64,000 nucleotides of DNA, taken from the NCBI GenBank assembly GCA_963920595.1, contig OY986949.1, positions 558,001 to 622,000 of the forward strand, in the 5' to 3' direction. The stretch's first letter is position 1, and each line of letters opens with the position of its first letter. Below the pieces are notes generated by a model. That model made no database searches. It was not told the DNA's origin and saw only the letters and a program-made list of their open reading frames with translations. Positions 38,908 through 53,000 of the stretch are shown in pieces. The position numbers and the translations under genes were made by a program. The stretch comes from Eimeria praecox (Eukaryota).

Positions 38908-41900
38908 TTTCCTAGTCGTATCGACGCCACTGCAAATTTATGAATAGTGACAAGCAGAACGTTGCACGAGCGACGCAGAGCCCAGGAGCAGCAGCTGTTC
39001 CGTCAGTTGCTGCGTCAGGGATGAATTGCTTCAGCACTGGTTAGGTCGTGGATGCCAGCCGGCCAGCCTCAGCAAGCCCATACTCCCTTAATTATGCACT
39101 TACATGGACCACAATTGTTTTTCAAAGCGGACGAGCCTTGCATCCTATTGGAGAGCATGCTGGTGTGCCCTCGTCGCCTCAGGCGGTACCTGGCCCACCT
39201 TCCTTCATTTACCATGAACAGCTTGCTGCCTGTTGCAGTCTAAGGTTGCCGACTCTGCATGGTGCATTCCACTGCGTGCCACTTATCAATGTTATGTTGA
39301 GTGCAACAAAGCCTTGATCTAGTATGGGAAGGGACTAGGGAAACATAAATCTATGTGGACTGCCCAATCAACAAAATCGGAATACATGCGTTGAACGTAG
39401 ACGTATTGATGTGATATGAAACTCCGAAGTTGCCGTGCTTTGTCCTTGGCATAAACAGGACTCGAGCTTTGCAACGATAGGTAATAGATTACTTATATAC
39501 TCGAGGGTGACAAACAGAACTGCATATGAGGTCATCACAGCAGCCAAAGGGTTACAGGAAGCGAACATTTAACTCAGCTGCATTGCACTTGGTTGCTGCA
39601 GCTATTGGGAGAGCCTGTCTTTCTACAGTTAAGTGTAACATTAATTCAACTCACCAGCCCCTGCATGGGTGCTCCTCTAGTCAAATGCTTGCCGTAAAGC
39701 GCAAAGGCTCTCCACGGAAACCCTGTAATATTCATCTGGGTTTGGCAAAGCGTTGCCAAGGGAAATGTGTATCGCTTGCGAAGTACTGAGCAACTAATCG
39801 GGTGTCCGGCAGCCTGGAAACTTCTCTTGTTGTGGAGGCCGCAGATGGGGGTAAGGTTGCACTAGCGTTGGTGTCTGAAGAACCTGTGTCGAGCAATCCA
39901 GTTCGTTGCTCTACGGAGATACAGCCACTGGCGAGAGAAAGTGACCTCGCCGTACAGACGATTTAAGGGGCACCTGATGAGGCAAGGCTGCTTCCCTGGG
40001 TTTTAATCAGGAGCGAGCGCGAGCTGGATCTATGGCCAGACATACTTTGTATTTCCCCATAGATTCTGCCTGCCACTCGCCTCTAATAGCCTGCAAATAA
40101 TGCGACGAAATCTTGGCCGACGGTATTTGTTTCCGTGAGAACGGAGAAGATCTGGACTACCCAGCCCAAAGCAATGGCATCCCCTCCAAGTGTTTGCTGC
40201 TGGAGGTGCCCACTGTTTCGCTATCACAGGACCAGCCATCAACGCAGCAATGAAATGACGGCGTGTATATCTGAGCCCACGAGGCAAAGGGTGCAAGCAT
40301 GACTGCTTACTCACTAAGGAAGGAAAGCGCATGCTCAGTCACGTCACCACCGATAGCATGAGTGGTTAAGCCAGCGCAGGCAAAACCCAGCACAGACCGG
40401 CTCGCATCTTCTGTTACACACACGGCCTTCAGCACCTGTGACAGTACGCAAAGACCCCATTTCTGCTTCGCGTCCGCGCAGTAAACACAAATTATCAGCA
40501 TTGTCATGTGATGTTTCTACCGCACTTTCGCTTGAAAGGACGATGCAGATTTAGGGAGTGAAACGGGCACTGAACCAATATTATGCTCTGAGCATGGAGC
40601 TACAGCGTCACGAAAATTCCGAGGCGCAGTGGAAAAGCGACGAGATTGTGCATATCCTACTCTGCATTAGAACAACGCGGAGGTGCGTAAATGCTTAAAC
40701 ACCCGCAACTCAAGATGACCACTTGCCATTCATGCTGTGAAGAGAAAGATACAAAAGGGAAGGCACGTGTAGTCCATGCAATAGTGCAATAGACGAGGTA
40801 CCCAGCAGTGTTCTGTTTCGTTCTGCTTCTGAACAGCGCAGAGTACACAGTGCTCCCTTACTCATGCATGTTTTAGATATATGGAGGGATTATCTAGCTT
40901 AGAGGTGGATGCCGGATGAGAGCGCGATGCCTTGTGCAGCTGCTAGAGTGAGTCATCTCATATTTTAGGGACACTACAGGAGGGGCAGAAGGAGAGCGGA
41001 AGCCTGCTGCAGGGTCACTGCCCCTTTCACGACCCGAAACAAGACCCTTCGTTAAAGGTGAAACAATGGATTAATCCAGAATATATCGTGCAGTGTGGTG
41101 AGCTGCATGAAGGAGCTTTTCTTTCTAATATCTGCACCCTAATGCTTGATGATGTCCACTCCTGACTGGTTCGCGAGGAATAACCCAACGAAAAGGTGCG
41201 TCAGGAGGACACTACATGTACCACTTTTCGCCTCGAAATTTTCGGTTTGGCTCAATCGTAAAGCGGGCCCTTATGCTTACACTAGCTGGCTGTCTGAAGG
41301 GTAAGCTGCTGCTCCATGGTTGTGCACGAGTCCCCTGAGGGGCCCTAGTGACCCATATTCACGAGTTTTGTGTGCAAGCCATCTGCATCTTTAAGTTCTC
41401 ATCAGAACTTTGCCAGAATTGAAATTAGACTGCATTGAAAACCATCAAGGTGCTTCTGTTGTGGCTAGGGAAGAGCTGCAGGAAACGACGCATTGGGGCA
41501 CGAAGCCCTTCCAATGTGACTTGCTACCAATCACCTGGCCACAATAGATCAGGCCTTTTCCGTCCATTACAAGTGCAGTAAACGTATCAAGTGTTAGGAT
41601 TAATTGATCAAAATTCAAATATAATCAAGGAAGACCGCTTTCAGGATGCAACGAAGCTCCAACCGAACGCCCGAGGTCCAGGACCTCGCTTGCCGACAGA
41701 CCCTAGGCCACTGGACTGATGTCACGCCACCCGCCTCGTGGCTACCTTGTGGCCTTGTCCACTTTAATCAGTTTCGCTCTCAATCACCTGCAAATATCCG
41801 AATTAACAAGCAAACAAAGTGTTGCCTTTTTCAAAACCATTGTTTTTTCAATATTATTATCGCGTTAGCGTCTGCGTCTGCAAGGCAGCGAGTGTCCTGC

Positions 41901-42320
41901 CATCGACAGCCCAGGCAATTGTCTTCGGAAACAACTTTCGTCACGCTATCTGCTTCTCTCACCGCTTCTAACCGTCTGAATATTATAGTCTGCTGTGAGG
42001 TCTTTCATCCTCACCAAGGTAAGAAGGCAAGAATTCCCTCCACGGCTGCGAGCCTTTACCCAGCAAAGCGAATTCTTAGTGTCTTTGGTCAGAATCTTTG
42101 GCGCCTTTCGGTCACTGGGTGCACTCCTACACGCCTTGATGAAACCCGCTATCCTCATAGCTCCTTTACGCCCATTGGATGTTTTGTACATCACTCAAGT
42201 AGCAAAGTTTGAACCTTCGGGCATGGTGTACGCGCCACAGGCCCACTCAATGTCCATCGTGTGCTCTGCCTTTGGCCTGTCATCCGCAGCCTGGACGGAA
42301 ACTACTGAAACTACTGGAGA

Positions 42321-45300
42321 ATGATGCTCATAAGCTACCCGCTACATGGGGCATGTACCCTACTAGCTCTCCTTGGTGTCTTTGGGGGTTCTGAGGCAAA
42401 TTACATGCCAATTTCCTCATCAGGACTCTCCGTGCAGGAGCAGTTCACTAGAGAAGAGCCCCGACAGCTTCTAGACGGAGGTACGCCATACTTGATTTAT
42501 TGCTTACTCTGCTGAGTGCTTGAGCATCAGATAGTTTCAGTTCATATTGCATGAACATTCTTCAGGTGTTCATGGAATGGGCCGGGTCATTCTGTTCGTC
42601 GTTGTGTCTCCCGTTACCTCTCAGAAATTCCGCGTAACGATAGTGGTGGCTTTCGTAGTGGTGGTCAGAAAAGCAGTGATGGCGGCTTCGGGGAGGAGAA
42701 GGAAACTCCTCCGCATGAGTATCCCGAGATGGCAGCTATACCAATGATGGCTGAAGCCGTCTTGGAGGACTGTGAGGATGAGGAAGAAGAGGAAGAAGAG
42801 GAAACTTCAGGCAGCACAAGGAGTAGCGATGAATCTTCGTCAAAAGAAGCTGACGAAGCTGCTTCGTTCAGAAAGGTACAGACATATAACACAACGGAGA
42901 GCGGTCCTCATCTGTTTGGTAGTAAAGGAATCCCCTGCTCCGGATGCACGGCCTCTAATGTTCAACCAGTCGCACAGCGGAAGACTTACCGGAGAACACC
43001 TGCTCATGCGCACCAGCTGCATGCACAAAGGAGTGTGAAAGTGCTTCATGATCGTTCCTGCAATGAGGCTACATCGGGAAAGCAGACGACCCTTCGTAGG
43101 AATCAGCCGCACAGTGAGGGAGCACCACGGAATCCACAGGTTTACCGCTTTGAAGGAAATGCGACTCATTTGAATATCCCGATAATTCGCCGAGCGTCTG
43201 GTCCGCAAGACACGGGAGAGCTGGAAGGCACAACCCGCAACTGTACCAGCAAGGACTTTCCACAGGGCACCCGAGTCGCCTACAGGGCCCGATATCCACG
43301 CGGAACAGGCACTCCTAAGGGATGCCTTCAAGAGAGGGTTTCCTCTCCACAAGTCTCTCACGTGGTTAAGAGAGAGCATTATTCGTCCGATATGGGTGCA
43401 ACTGAAGCAGAAGAGTACTGCACTGATGGCTGTCAGCAAGCCGTCCCACATGCTTTCATTGTTAGATGCCCACGCAGAACAGGCACGCCTCAGGGGTGCC
43501 TTCACAGGAGAGAGCATTCTCCACAAATCGTTCGTTCTGCCCGGACATTGGACTATCCCTCCGGTGTGCATGAATCTGAAGCAGAGCAATATTATCGTGG
43601 CCGCTGTAGGCAAGCAACTCGCGGGAGATACAGGGCTCGATATCCATGCGGAACAGGCACGCCTCAGGGAAGCCTTCACAGGAGAGACGCCTCACAACAA
43701 ACATTTCATCAGTTTAAAGGCGCCACCCAGCAACATGGCAATGGCGCACCTGTTCCAAGCATGCGCAGCAGCGGGATGCATCTACCAAGCACTCGGCCAA
43801 ACCCTGGTACTCGGTTTCCACGAAGAACTGGCACACCGCAGGGAAGCCTTCAAAGGCTAGTTACCCCTCTGCAAAGGCCCCAATCAGTGCAGGTTCTCCA
43901 TAGCCAGCACAGTAGCATCTCTCCTGAATCGCAAGTACGCATAGACGAAGAATGTCCGCAGGCGACACAATTGGCCCGCAGGGATCGGTGCCCACAAGGA
44001 ACAGGCACGCCTCAGGGATGCCTTCGCAGGAGGGAACCTCCCGTACAAATCTCTCACATGGTTCAAGAAACCCCTTATTCTACCGAGATGGACTTGCCTG
44101 AAAGCGAAGCATACAACAGTGACGACTGTTCGCAAGCCTTGCGTGGGACTTGGACGGATCCATTGCCATGCGCAGCAGGCGTGTTTCAGGGATGCCTTTG
44201 CATGAGGGAAGCCTCACCGCAACCCCTCCAGGCAGTTCAAGATCCCCCAGATGCAAGCGGCACGTGTACATCCGAAGGAAAAACATTCAGTGGAGAGACG
44301 TCTTCAACCAGTTTTCGCGAGGCCTTCACCGCTCGCTATTTTGCAGAAGCACGCATGGCGGAGACAGGTGCCGATAGTGACTTTGACTTTCAGTGGGATG
44401 ACGGTGAGGAAAATGACGAACTCATTTCCCTTGCTTGTGAGGCGGTCACAAAGTCAAGCTTATCACCATTGCAACAGCGGCAAAAGAGAACAGACGAACC
44501 TCAACAGAGCTGTCGAACTAACAGGTTCGAAGAGACTGTCCCAGCTGCCAATCAAAGGCAGGCCTTAGAAGCTGTCGACCCCTTCCAGATTGTGAGATTC
44601 TGTTCAATGTGCTGGCTGTACGGCCTTAGCAGCTGCCTTCGTGAGCGCATGAGCAACACCCATACCAATGCATATCATTGCATATTGTTTTGCGGCAATT
44701 CAAAGTTTGCTTCTGGTTCCCGTTGTTTTGGGTTTGCAGCGAACACAAGAGACTCCCCAATATGCTATCGCCCCGCAAACAGATGGCCAGGACAAGCAGC
44801 AACAGGCGCACCAGCAGCAGAGCAGGATTGCACTATTAGGTTTGCCTCACACAGCAGTTGGGAGCACAAATTCTAAGTGGAGCACCTCTTGCGAGAATAC
44901 AGGTCTTCTCGACCCGTCGGGGATTTGGAGTTCTAAGTGGGTGCCAGATTTCCCTGGGAATCCTGCCTGGGAAGGGGTAGGAAGTGCCAACAGTACACAT
45001 TTTTCGGTGGGACGTCAGGAGGATGATTGTTGGGGACGACGAAGGCACAAGGAGGTCTCGAGTTCAAATAGCGATTCAAATCGTTGTCTGCAACATCCGG
45101 CTACGCCTGACGAACAGACGCAGATGCCGGGCCTTAGTACACATACAGTTAATCCTTTTCAGTTACCACAAGTTGCACAGGCTGCAGGTGGATGTGACCA
45201 TTGTGGCATTTCGTCATCAATGAACTCAGGGAAAACATCATCATCTCCATCACATGGCATTACATCAGAGAATTCAGGGACCACTTCACAAAGTCCCTTC

Positions 45301-46662
45301 AAACAAGGCCAAGCTGGCCTAGGAAATTTGAGCTGCTGTCTATCAGCTGGTACCTTCTTGCAATCTCCCAGGTTAGGGCCCGACTTTCGTGCTGCTCTGT
45401 TGTCGACATCGTGGGCCCCTTCCTGCGATTTAGCAGGCCTTGATAAAGGGGTTGTGGGATGCAGCCCTGAGCACGTGGAACCTGAGTCCTACGACTCATC
45501 CCACATGTCAGCGGACACTGAACAGCACGATAGCAGGGCAATGAAAGGCCCATTGCTCAGATCCGCGCAAGCTAACGATCTACTCGGCCCAGCGGGTGGC
45601 AGCGAGTGCTCTCGCGCTGACCTTGGCAATGCACAGCAAGCTCCTAAGGATTCTCCTGCGCCTCAAGACAACTCTCCAGAGGCCTTGTCACCATTTTGGC
45701 TTGGAGACGATCCTGTCCTAGAGCTGGTACAGAAATCTCAGTTTGCTTCTATTGGGGCATACATCCTTGCGAAGTCATCAAAGGGTTCAGCAAAGTTGCA
45801 GGAAGGCACTTCGAAAACTTCATCGCTCCCGGACGGTGTTGTACCTAGGTCTCGTGAATCGCCAGAAGTCGCCAGTAGACTGAGCGAAGGGCCTCTACGT
45901 CTTCAGGAAGAACGAAGATCACCAATACTTACGGTTTCAGGCGGCATTGATGCGCTTCCAGCATATCATGCAAATTATACTCTGGAGGTACGCCAGCCAC
46001 ATCCAAGTCATATATAAGCTAAACAAGTATTAGGCATGCATAAATGAAATGAAGCATTGAATTTGTACCTGTCCTAGATGGGTGCTTCCCTATCCACGCC
46101 GAGCTTCATCAGCAGAACTGGTGAATGCGCGTCATACCTCCTAGCATTTGCGAAAATACAAGCATCTACCTGTGTCCCCCTGGTCTGTCCAGCGTTCCCA
46201 AACTGTGTGCGGGCTTCGTCCATTAGTAATGGGGCACGAACATGAACCAGATAGGCAGCACAATGCCTCACAAGCAACGCAGCCACCGGACGCGGCATTA
46301 TCGAGAATTCCAATGAGCGTGGTGAAGATAGAGCAGACTCCAAGTAGTATTGTGCCAAACTGTGAAGAATCAGAACTCTTGGATTGCTTTTCACCTGCAT
46401 TACATCACAAACAAGAGTCCGTCCCAGGTGGCCGTAACCGCCAGCCAGTTCTTTTCTACCTGCAGCAGTATAAGCAGGCATGATTTGCTTGTTCATTTCC
46501 TTTTGACAGCGTTCAAGCCATAATATTCGTTTCCCTCCCCTGCTCTGCTTTTACTGCCTGTCTTCCGCCTTGTCTGCAGACACCTCGGAGACAGAAAATG
46601 CTTCGTGTAGTACCCCACCAGAAGATTATGCGCTCCGTCGGAAGCTTATTGGGCATTGCTAG
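42321..46662 (+). CDS. Array gene copy 3 (about 1230 aa)
   Basis: Exons 42321-42480, 42625-44591, 44740-45987, 46193-46427 and 46580-46662. The last exon carries 13 extra bp and ends ...DYALRRKLIGHC*. Confidence 0.8.
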
Positions 46663-49600
46663 CTTGAGATTGCAAGCCTAGTTTCCTAGTCGTATCGACG
46701 CCACTGCAAATTTATGAATAATGACAAGCAGAACGTTGCACGAGCGACGCAGAGCCCAGGAGCAGCAGCTGTTCCGTCAGTTGCTGCGTCAGGGATGAAT
46801 TGCTTCAGCACTGGTTAGGTCGTGGATGCCAGCCGGCCAGCCTCAGCAAGCCCATACTCCCTTAATTATGCACTTACATGGACCACAATTGTTTTTCAAA
46901 GCGGACGAGCCTTGCATCCTATTGGAGAGCATGCTGGTGTGCCCTCGTCGCCTCAGGCGGTACCTGGCCCACCTTCCTTCATTTACCATGAACAGCTTGC
47001 TGCCTGTTGCAGTCTAAGGTTGCCGACTCTGCATGGTGCATTCCACTGCGTGCCACTTATCAATGTTATGTTGAGTGCAACAAAGCCTTGATCTAGTATG
47101 GGAAGGGACTAGGGAAACATAAATCTATGTGGACTGCCCAATCAACAAAATCGGAATACATGCGTTGAACGTAGACGTATTGATGTGATATGAAACTCCG
47201 AAGTTGCCGTGCTTTGTCCTTGGCATAAACAGGACTCGAGCTTTGCAACGATAGGTAATAGATTATTTATATACTCGAGGGTGACAAACAGAACTGCATA
47301 TGAGGTCATCACAGCAGCCAAAGGGTTACAGGAAGCGAACATTTAACTCAGCTGCATTGCACTTGGTTGCTGCAGCTATTGGGAGAGCCTGTCTTTCTAC
47401 AGTTAAGTGTAACATTAATTCAACTCACCAGCCCCTGCATGGGTGCTCCTCTAGTCAAATGCTTGCCGTAAAGCGCAAAGGCTCTCCACGGAAACCCTGT
47501 AATATTCATCTGGGTTTGGCAAAGCGTTGCCAAGGGAAATGTGTATCGCTTGCGAAGTACTGAGCAACTAATCGGGTGTCCGGCAGCCTGGAAACTTCTC
47601 TTGTTGTGGAGGCCGCAGATGGGGGTAAGGTTGCACTAGCGTTGGTGTCTGAAGAACCTGTGTCGAGCAATCCAGTTCGTTGCTCTACGGAGATACAGCC
47701 ACTGGCGAGAGAAAGTGACCTCGCCGTACAGACGATTTAAGGGGCACCTGATGAGGCAAGGCTGCTTCCCTGGGTTTTAATCAGGAGCGAGCGAAAGCTG
47801 GATCTATGGCCAGACATACTTTGTATTTCCCCATAGATTCTGCCTGCCACTCGCCTCTAATAGCCTGCAAATAATGCGACGAAATCTTGGCCGACGGTAT
47901 TTGTTTCCGTGAGAACGGAGAAGATCTGGACTACCCAGCCCAAAGCAATGGCATCACCTCCAAGTGTTTGCTGCTGGAGGTGCCCACTGTTTCGCTATCA
48001 CAGGACCAGCCATCAACGCAGCAATGAAATGACGGCGTGTATATCTGAGCCCACGAGGCAAAGGGTGCAAGCATGACTGCTTACTCACTAAGGAAGGAAA
48101 GCGCATGCTCAGTCACGTCACCACCGATAGCATGAGTGGTTAAGCCAGCGCAGGTAAAACGCAGCACAGACCGGCTCGCATCTTCTGTTACACACACGGC
48201 CTTCAGCACCTGTGACAGTACGCAAAGACCCCATTTCTGCTTCGCGTCCGCGCAGTAAACACAAATTATCAGCATTGTCATGTGATGTTTCTACCGCACT
48301 TTCGCTTGAAAGGACGATGCAGATTTAGGGAGTGAAACGGGCACTGAACCAATATTATGCTCTGAGCATGGGGCTACAGCGTCACGAACATTCCGAGGCG
48401 CAGTGGAAAAGCCACGAGATTGTGCATATCCTACTCTGCATTAGAACAACGCGGAGGTGCGTAAATGCTTAAACACCCGCAACTCAAGATGACCACTTGC
48501 CATTCATGCTGTGAAGAGAAAGATACAAAAGGGAAGGCACGTGTAGTCCATGCAATAGTGCAATAGACGAGGTACCCAGCAGTGTTCTGTTTCGTTCTGC
48601 TTCTGAACAGCGCAGAGTACACAGTGCTCCCTTACTCATGCATGTTTTAGATATATGGAGGGATTATCTAGCTTAGAGGTGGATGCCGGATGAGAGCGCG
48701 ATGCCTTGTGCAGCTGCTAGAGTGAGTCATCTCATATTTTAGGGACACTACAGGAGGGGCAGAAGGAGAGCGGAAGCCTGCTGCAGTGTCACTGCCCCTT
48801 TCACGACCCGAAACAAGACCCTTCGTTAAAGGTGAAACAATGGATTAATCCAGAATATATCGTGCAGTGTGGTGAGCTGCATGAAGGAGCTTTTCTTTCT
48901 AATATCTGCACCCTAATGCTTGATGATGTCCACTCCTGACTGGTTCGCGAGGAATAACCCAACGAAAAGGTGCGTCAGGAGGACACTACATGTACCACTT
49001 TTCGCCTCGAAATTTTCGGTTTGGCTCAATCGTAAAGCGGGCCCTTATGCTTACACTAGCTGGCTGTCTGAAGGGTAAGCTGCTGCTCCATGGTTGTGCA
49101 CGAGTCCCCTGAGGGGCCCTAGTGACCCATATTCACGAGTTTTGTGTGCAAGCCATCTGCATCTTTAAGTTCTCATCAGAACTTTGCCAGAATTGAAATT
49201 AGACTGCATTGAAAACCATCAAGGTGCTTCTGTTGTGGCTAGGGAAGAGCTGCAGGAAACGACGCATTGGGGCACGAAGCCCTTCCAATGTGACTTGCTA
49301 CCAATCACCTGGCCACAATAGATCAGGCCTTTTCCGTCCATTACAAGTGCAGTAAACGTATCAAGTGTTAGGATTAATTGATCAAAATTCAAATATAATC
49401 AAGGAAGACCGCTTTCAGGATGCAACGAAGCTCCAACCGAACGCCCGAGGTCCAGGACCTCGCTTGCCGACAGACCCTTGGCCACTGGACTGATGTCACG
49501 CTACCCGCCTCGTGGCTACCTTGTGGCCTTGTCCACTTTAATCAGTTTCGCTCTCAATCACCTGCAAATATCCGAATTAACAAGCAAACAAAGTGTTGCC

Positions 49601-50093
49601 TTTTTCAAAACCATTGTTTTTTCAATATTATTATCGCGTTAGCGTCTGCGTCTGCAAAGCAGCGAGTGTCCTGCCATCGACAGCCCAGGCAATTGTCTTC
49701 GGAAACAACTTTCGTCACGCTATCTGCTTCTCTCACCGCTTCTAACCGTCTGAATATTATAGTCTGCTGTGAGGTCTTTCATCCTCACCAAGGTAAGAAG
49801 GCAAGAATTCCCTCCACGGCTGCGAGCCTTTACCCAGCAAAGCGAATTCTTAGTGTCTTTGGTCAGAATCTTTGGCGCCTTCGGTCACTGGGTGCACTCC
49901 TACACGCCTTGATGAAACCCGCTATCCTCATAGCTCCTTTACGCCCATTGGATGTTTTGTACATCACTCAAGTAGCAAAGTTTGGACCTTCGGGCATGGT
50001 GTACGCGCCACAGGCCCACTCAATGTCCATCGTGTGCTCTGCCTTTGGCCTGTCATCCGCAGCCTGGACGGAAACTACTGAAACTACTGGAGA

Positions 50094-53000
50094 ATGATGC
50101 TCATAAGCTACCCGCTACATGGGGCATGTACCCTACTAGCTCTCCTTGGTGTCTTTGGGGGTTCTGAGGCAAATTACATGCCAATTTCCTCATCAGGACT
50201 CTCCGTGCAGGAGCAGTTCACTAGAGAAGAGCCCCGACAGCTTCTAGACGGAGGTACGCCATACTTGATTTATTGCTTACTCTGCTGAGTGCTTGAGCAT
50301 CAGATAGTTTCAGTTCATATTGCATGAACATTCTTCAGGTGTTCATGGAATGGGCCGGGTCATTCTGTTCCTCGTTGTGTCTCCCGTTACCTCTCAGAAA
50401 TTCCGCGTAACGACGGCGGTGGCTTTCGTAGTGGTGGTCAGAAGAGCAGTGATGGCGGCTTCGGGGAGGAGAAGGAAACTCCTCCGCATGAGTATCCCGA
50501 GATGGCAGCTATACCAATGATGGCTGAAGCCGTCTTGGAGGACTGCGAGGATGAGGAAGAAGAGGAAGAAGAAGAAACTTCAGGCAGCACAAGGAGTAGC
50601 GATGAATCTTCGTCAAAAGAAGCTGACGAAGCTGCTTCGTTCAGAAAGGTACAGACATATAACACAACGGAGAGCGGTCCTCATCTGTTTGGTAGTAAAG
50701 GAATCCACTGCTCCGGAGGCACGGCCTCTAATGTTCAACCAGTCGCACAGCGGAAGACTTACCGGAGAACACCTGCTCATGCGCACCAGCTGCATGCACA
50801 AAGGAGTGTGAAAGTGCTTCATGATCGTTCCTTCAATGAGGCTACATCGGGAAAGCAGACGACCCTTCGTAGGAATCAGCCGCACAGTGAGGGAGCACCA
50901 CGGAATCCACAGGTTTACCGCTTTGAAGGAAATGCGACTCATTTGAATATCCCGATAATTCGCCGAGCGTCTGGTCCGCAAGACACGGGAGAGCTGGAAG
51001 GCACAACCCGCAACTGTACCAGCAAGGACTTTCCACAGGGCACCCGAGTCGCCTACAGGGCCCGATATCCACGCGGAACAGGCACTCCTAAGGGATGCCT
51101 TCAAGAGAGGGTTTCCTCTCCACAAGTCTCTCACGTGGTTAAGAGAGAGCATTATTCGTCCGATATGGGTGCAACTGAAGCAGAAGAGTACTGCACTGAT
51201 GGCTGTCAGCAAGCCGTCCCACATGCTTTCATTGTTAGATGCCCACGCAGAACAGGCACGCCTCAGGGGTGCCTTCACAGGAGAGAGCATTCTCCACAAA
51301 TCGTTCGTTCTGCCCGGACATTGGACTATCCCTCCGGTGTGCATGAATCTGAAGCAGAGCAATATTATCGTGGCCGCTGTAGGCAAGCAACTCGCGGGAG
51401 ATACAGGGCTCGATATCCATGCGGAACAGGCACGCCTCAGGGAAGCCTTCACAGGAGAGACGCCTCACAACAAACATTTCATCAGTTTAAAGGCGCCACC
51501 CAGCAACATGGCAATGGCGCACCTGTTCCAAGCATGCGCAGCAGCGGGATGCATCTACCAAGCACTCGGCCAAACCCTGGTACTCGGTTTCCACGAAGAA
51601 CTGGCACACCGCAGGGAAGCCTTCAAAGGCTAGTTACCCCTCTGCAAAGGCCCCAATCAGTGCAGGTTCTCCATAGCCAGCACAGTAGCATCTCTCCTGA
51701 ATCGCAAGTACGCATAGACGAAGAATGTCCGCAGGCGACACAATTGGCCCGCAGGGATCGGTGCCCACAAGGAACAGGCACGCCTCAGGGATGCCTTCGC
51801 AGGAGGGAACCTCCCGTACAAATCTCTCACATGGTTCAAGAAACCCCTTATTCTACCGAGATGGACTTGCCTGAAAGCGAAGCATACAACAGTGACGACT
51901 GTTCGCAAGCCTTGCGTGGGACTTGGACGGATCCATTGCCATGCGCAGCAGGCGTGTTTCAGGGATGCCTTTGCATGAGGGAAGCCTCACCGCAACCCCT
52001 CCAGGCAGTTCAAGATCCCCCAGATGCAAGCGGCACGTGTACATCCGAAGGAAAAACATTCAGTGGAGAGACGTCTTCAACCAGTTTTCGCGAGGCCTTC
52101 ACCGCTCGCTATTTTGCAGAAGCACGCATGGCGGAGACAGGTGCCGATAGTGACTTTGACTTTCAGTGGGATGACGGTGAGGAAAATGACGAACTCATTT
52201 CCCTTGCTTGTGAGGCGGTCACAAAGTCAAGCTTATCACCATTGCAACAGCGGCAAAAGAGAACAGACGAACCTCAACAGAGCTGTCGAACTAACAGGTT
52301 CGAAGAGACTGTCCCAGCTGCCAATCAAAGGCAGGCCTTAGAAGCTGTCGACCCCTTCCAGATTGTGAGATTCTGTTCAATGTGCTGGCTGTACGGCCTT
52401 AGCAGCTGCCTTCGTGAGCGCATGAGCAACACCCATACCAATGCATATCATTGCATATTGTTTTGCGGCAATTCAAAGTTTGCTTCTGGTTCCCGTTGTT
52501 TTGGGTTTGCAGCGAACACAAGAGACTCCCCAATATGCTATCGCCCCGCAAACAGATGGCCAGGACAAGCAGCAACAGGCGCACCAGCAGCAGAGCAGGA
52601 TTGCACTATTAGGTTTGCCTCACACAGCAGTTGGGAGCACAAATTCTAAGTGGAGCACCTCTTGCGAGAATGCAGGTCTTCTCGACCCGTCGGGGATTTG
52701 GAGTTCTAAGTGGGTGCCAGATTTCCCTGGGAATCCTGCCTGGGAAGGGGTAGGAAGTGCCAACAGTACACATTTTTCGGTGGGACGTCAGGAGGATGAT
52801 TGTTGGGGACGACGAAGGCACAAGGAGGTCTCGAGTTCAAATAGCGATTCAAATCGTTGTCTGCAACATCCGGCTACGCCTGACGAACAGACGCGGATGC
52901 CGGGCCTTAGTACACATACAGTTAATCCTTTTCAGTTACCACAAGTTGCACAGGCTGCAGGTGGATGTGACCATTGTGGCATTTCGTCATCAATGAACTC

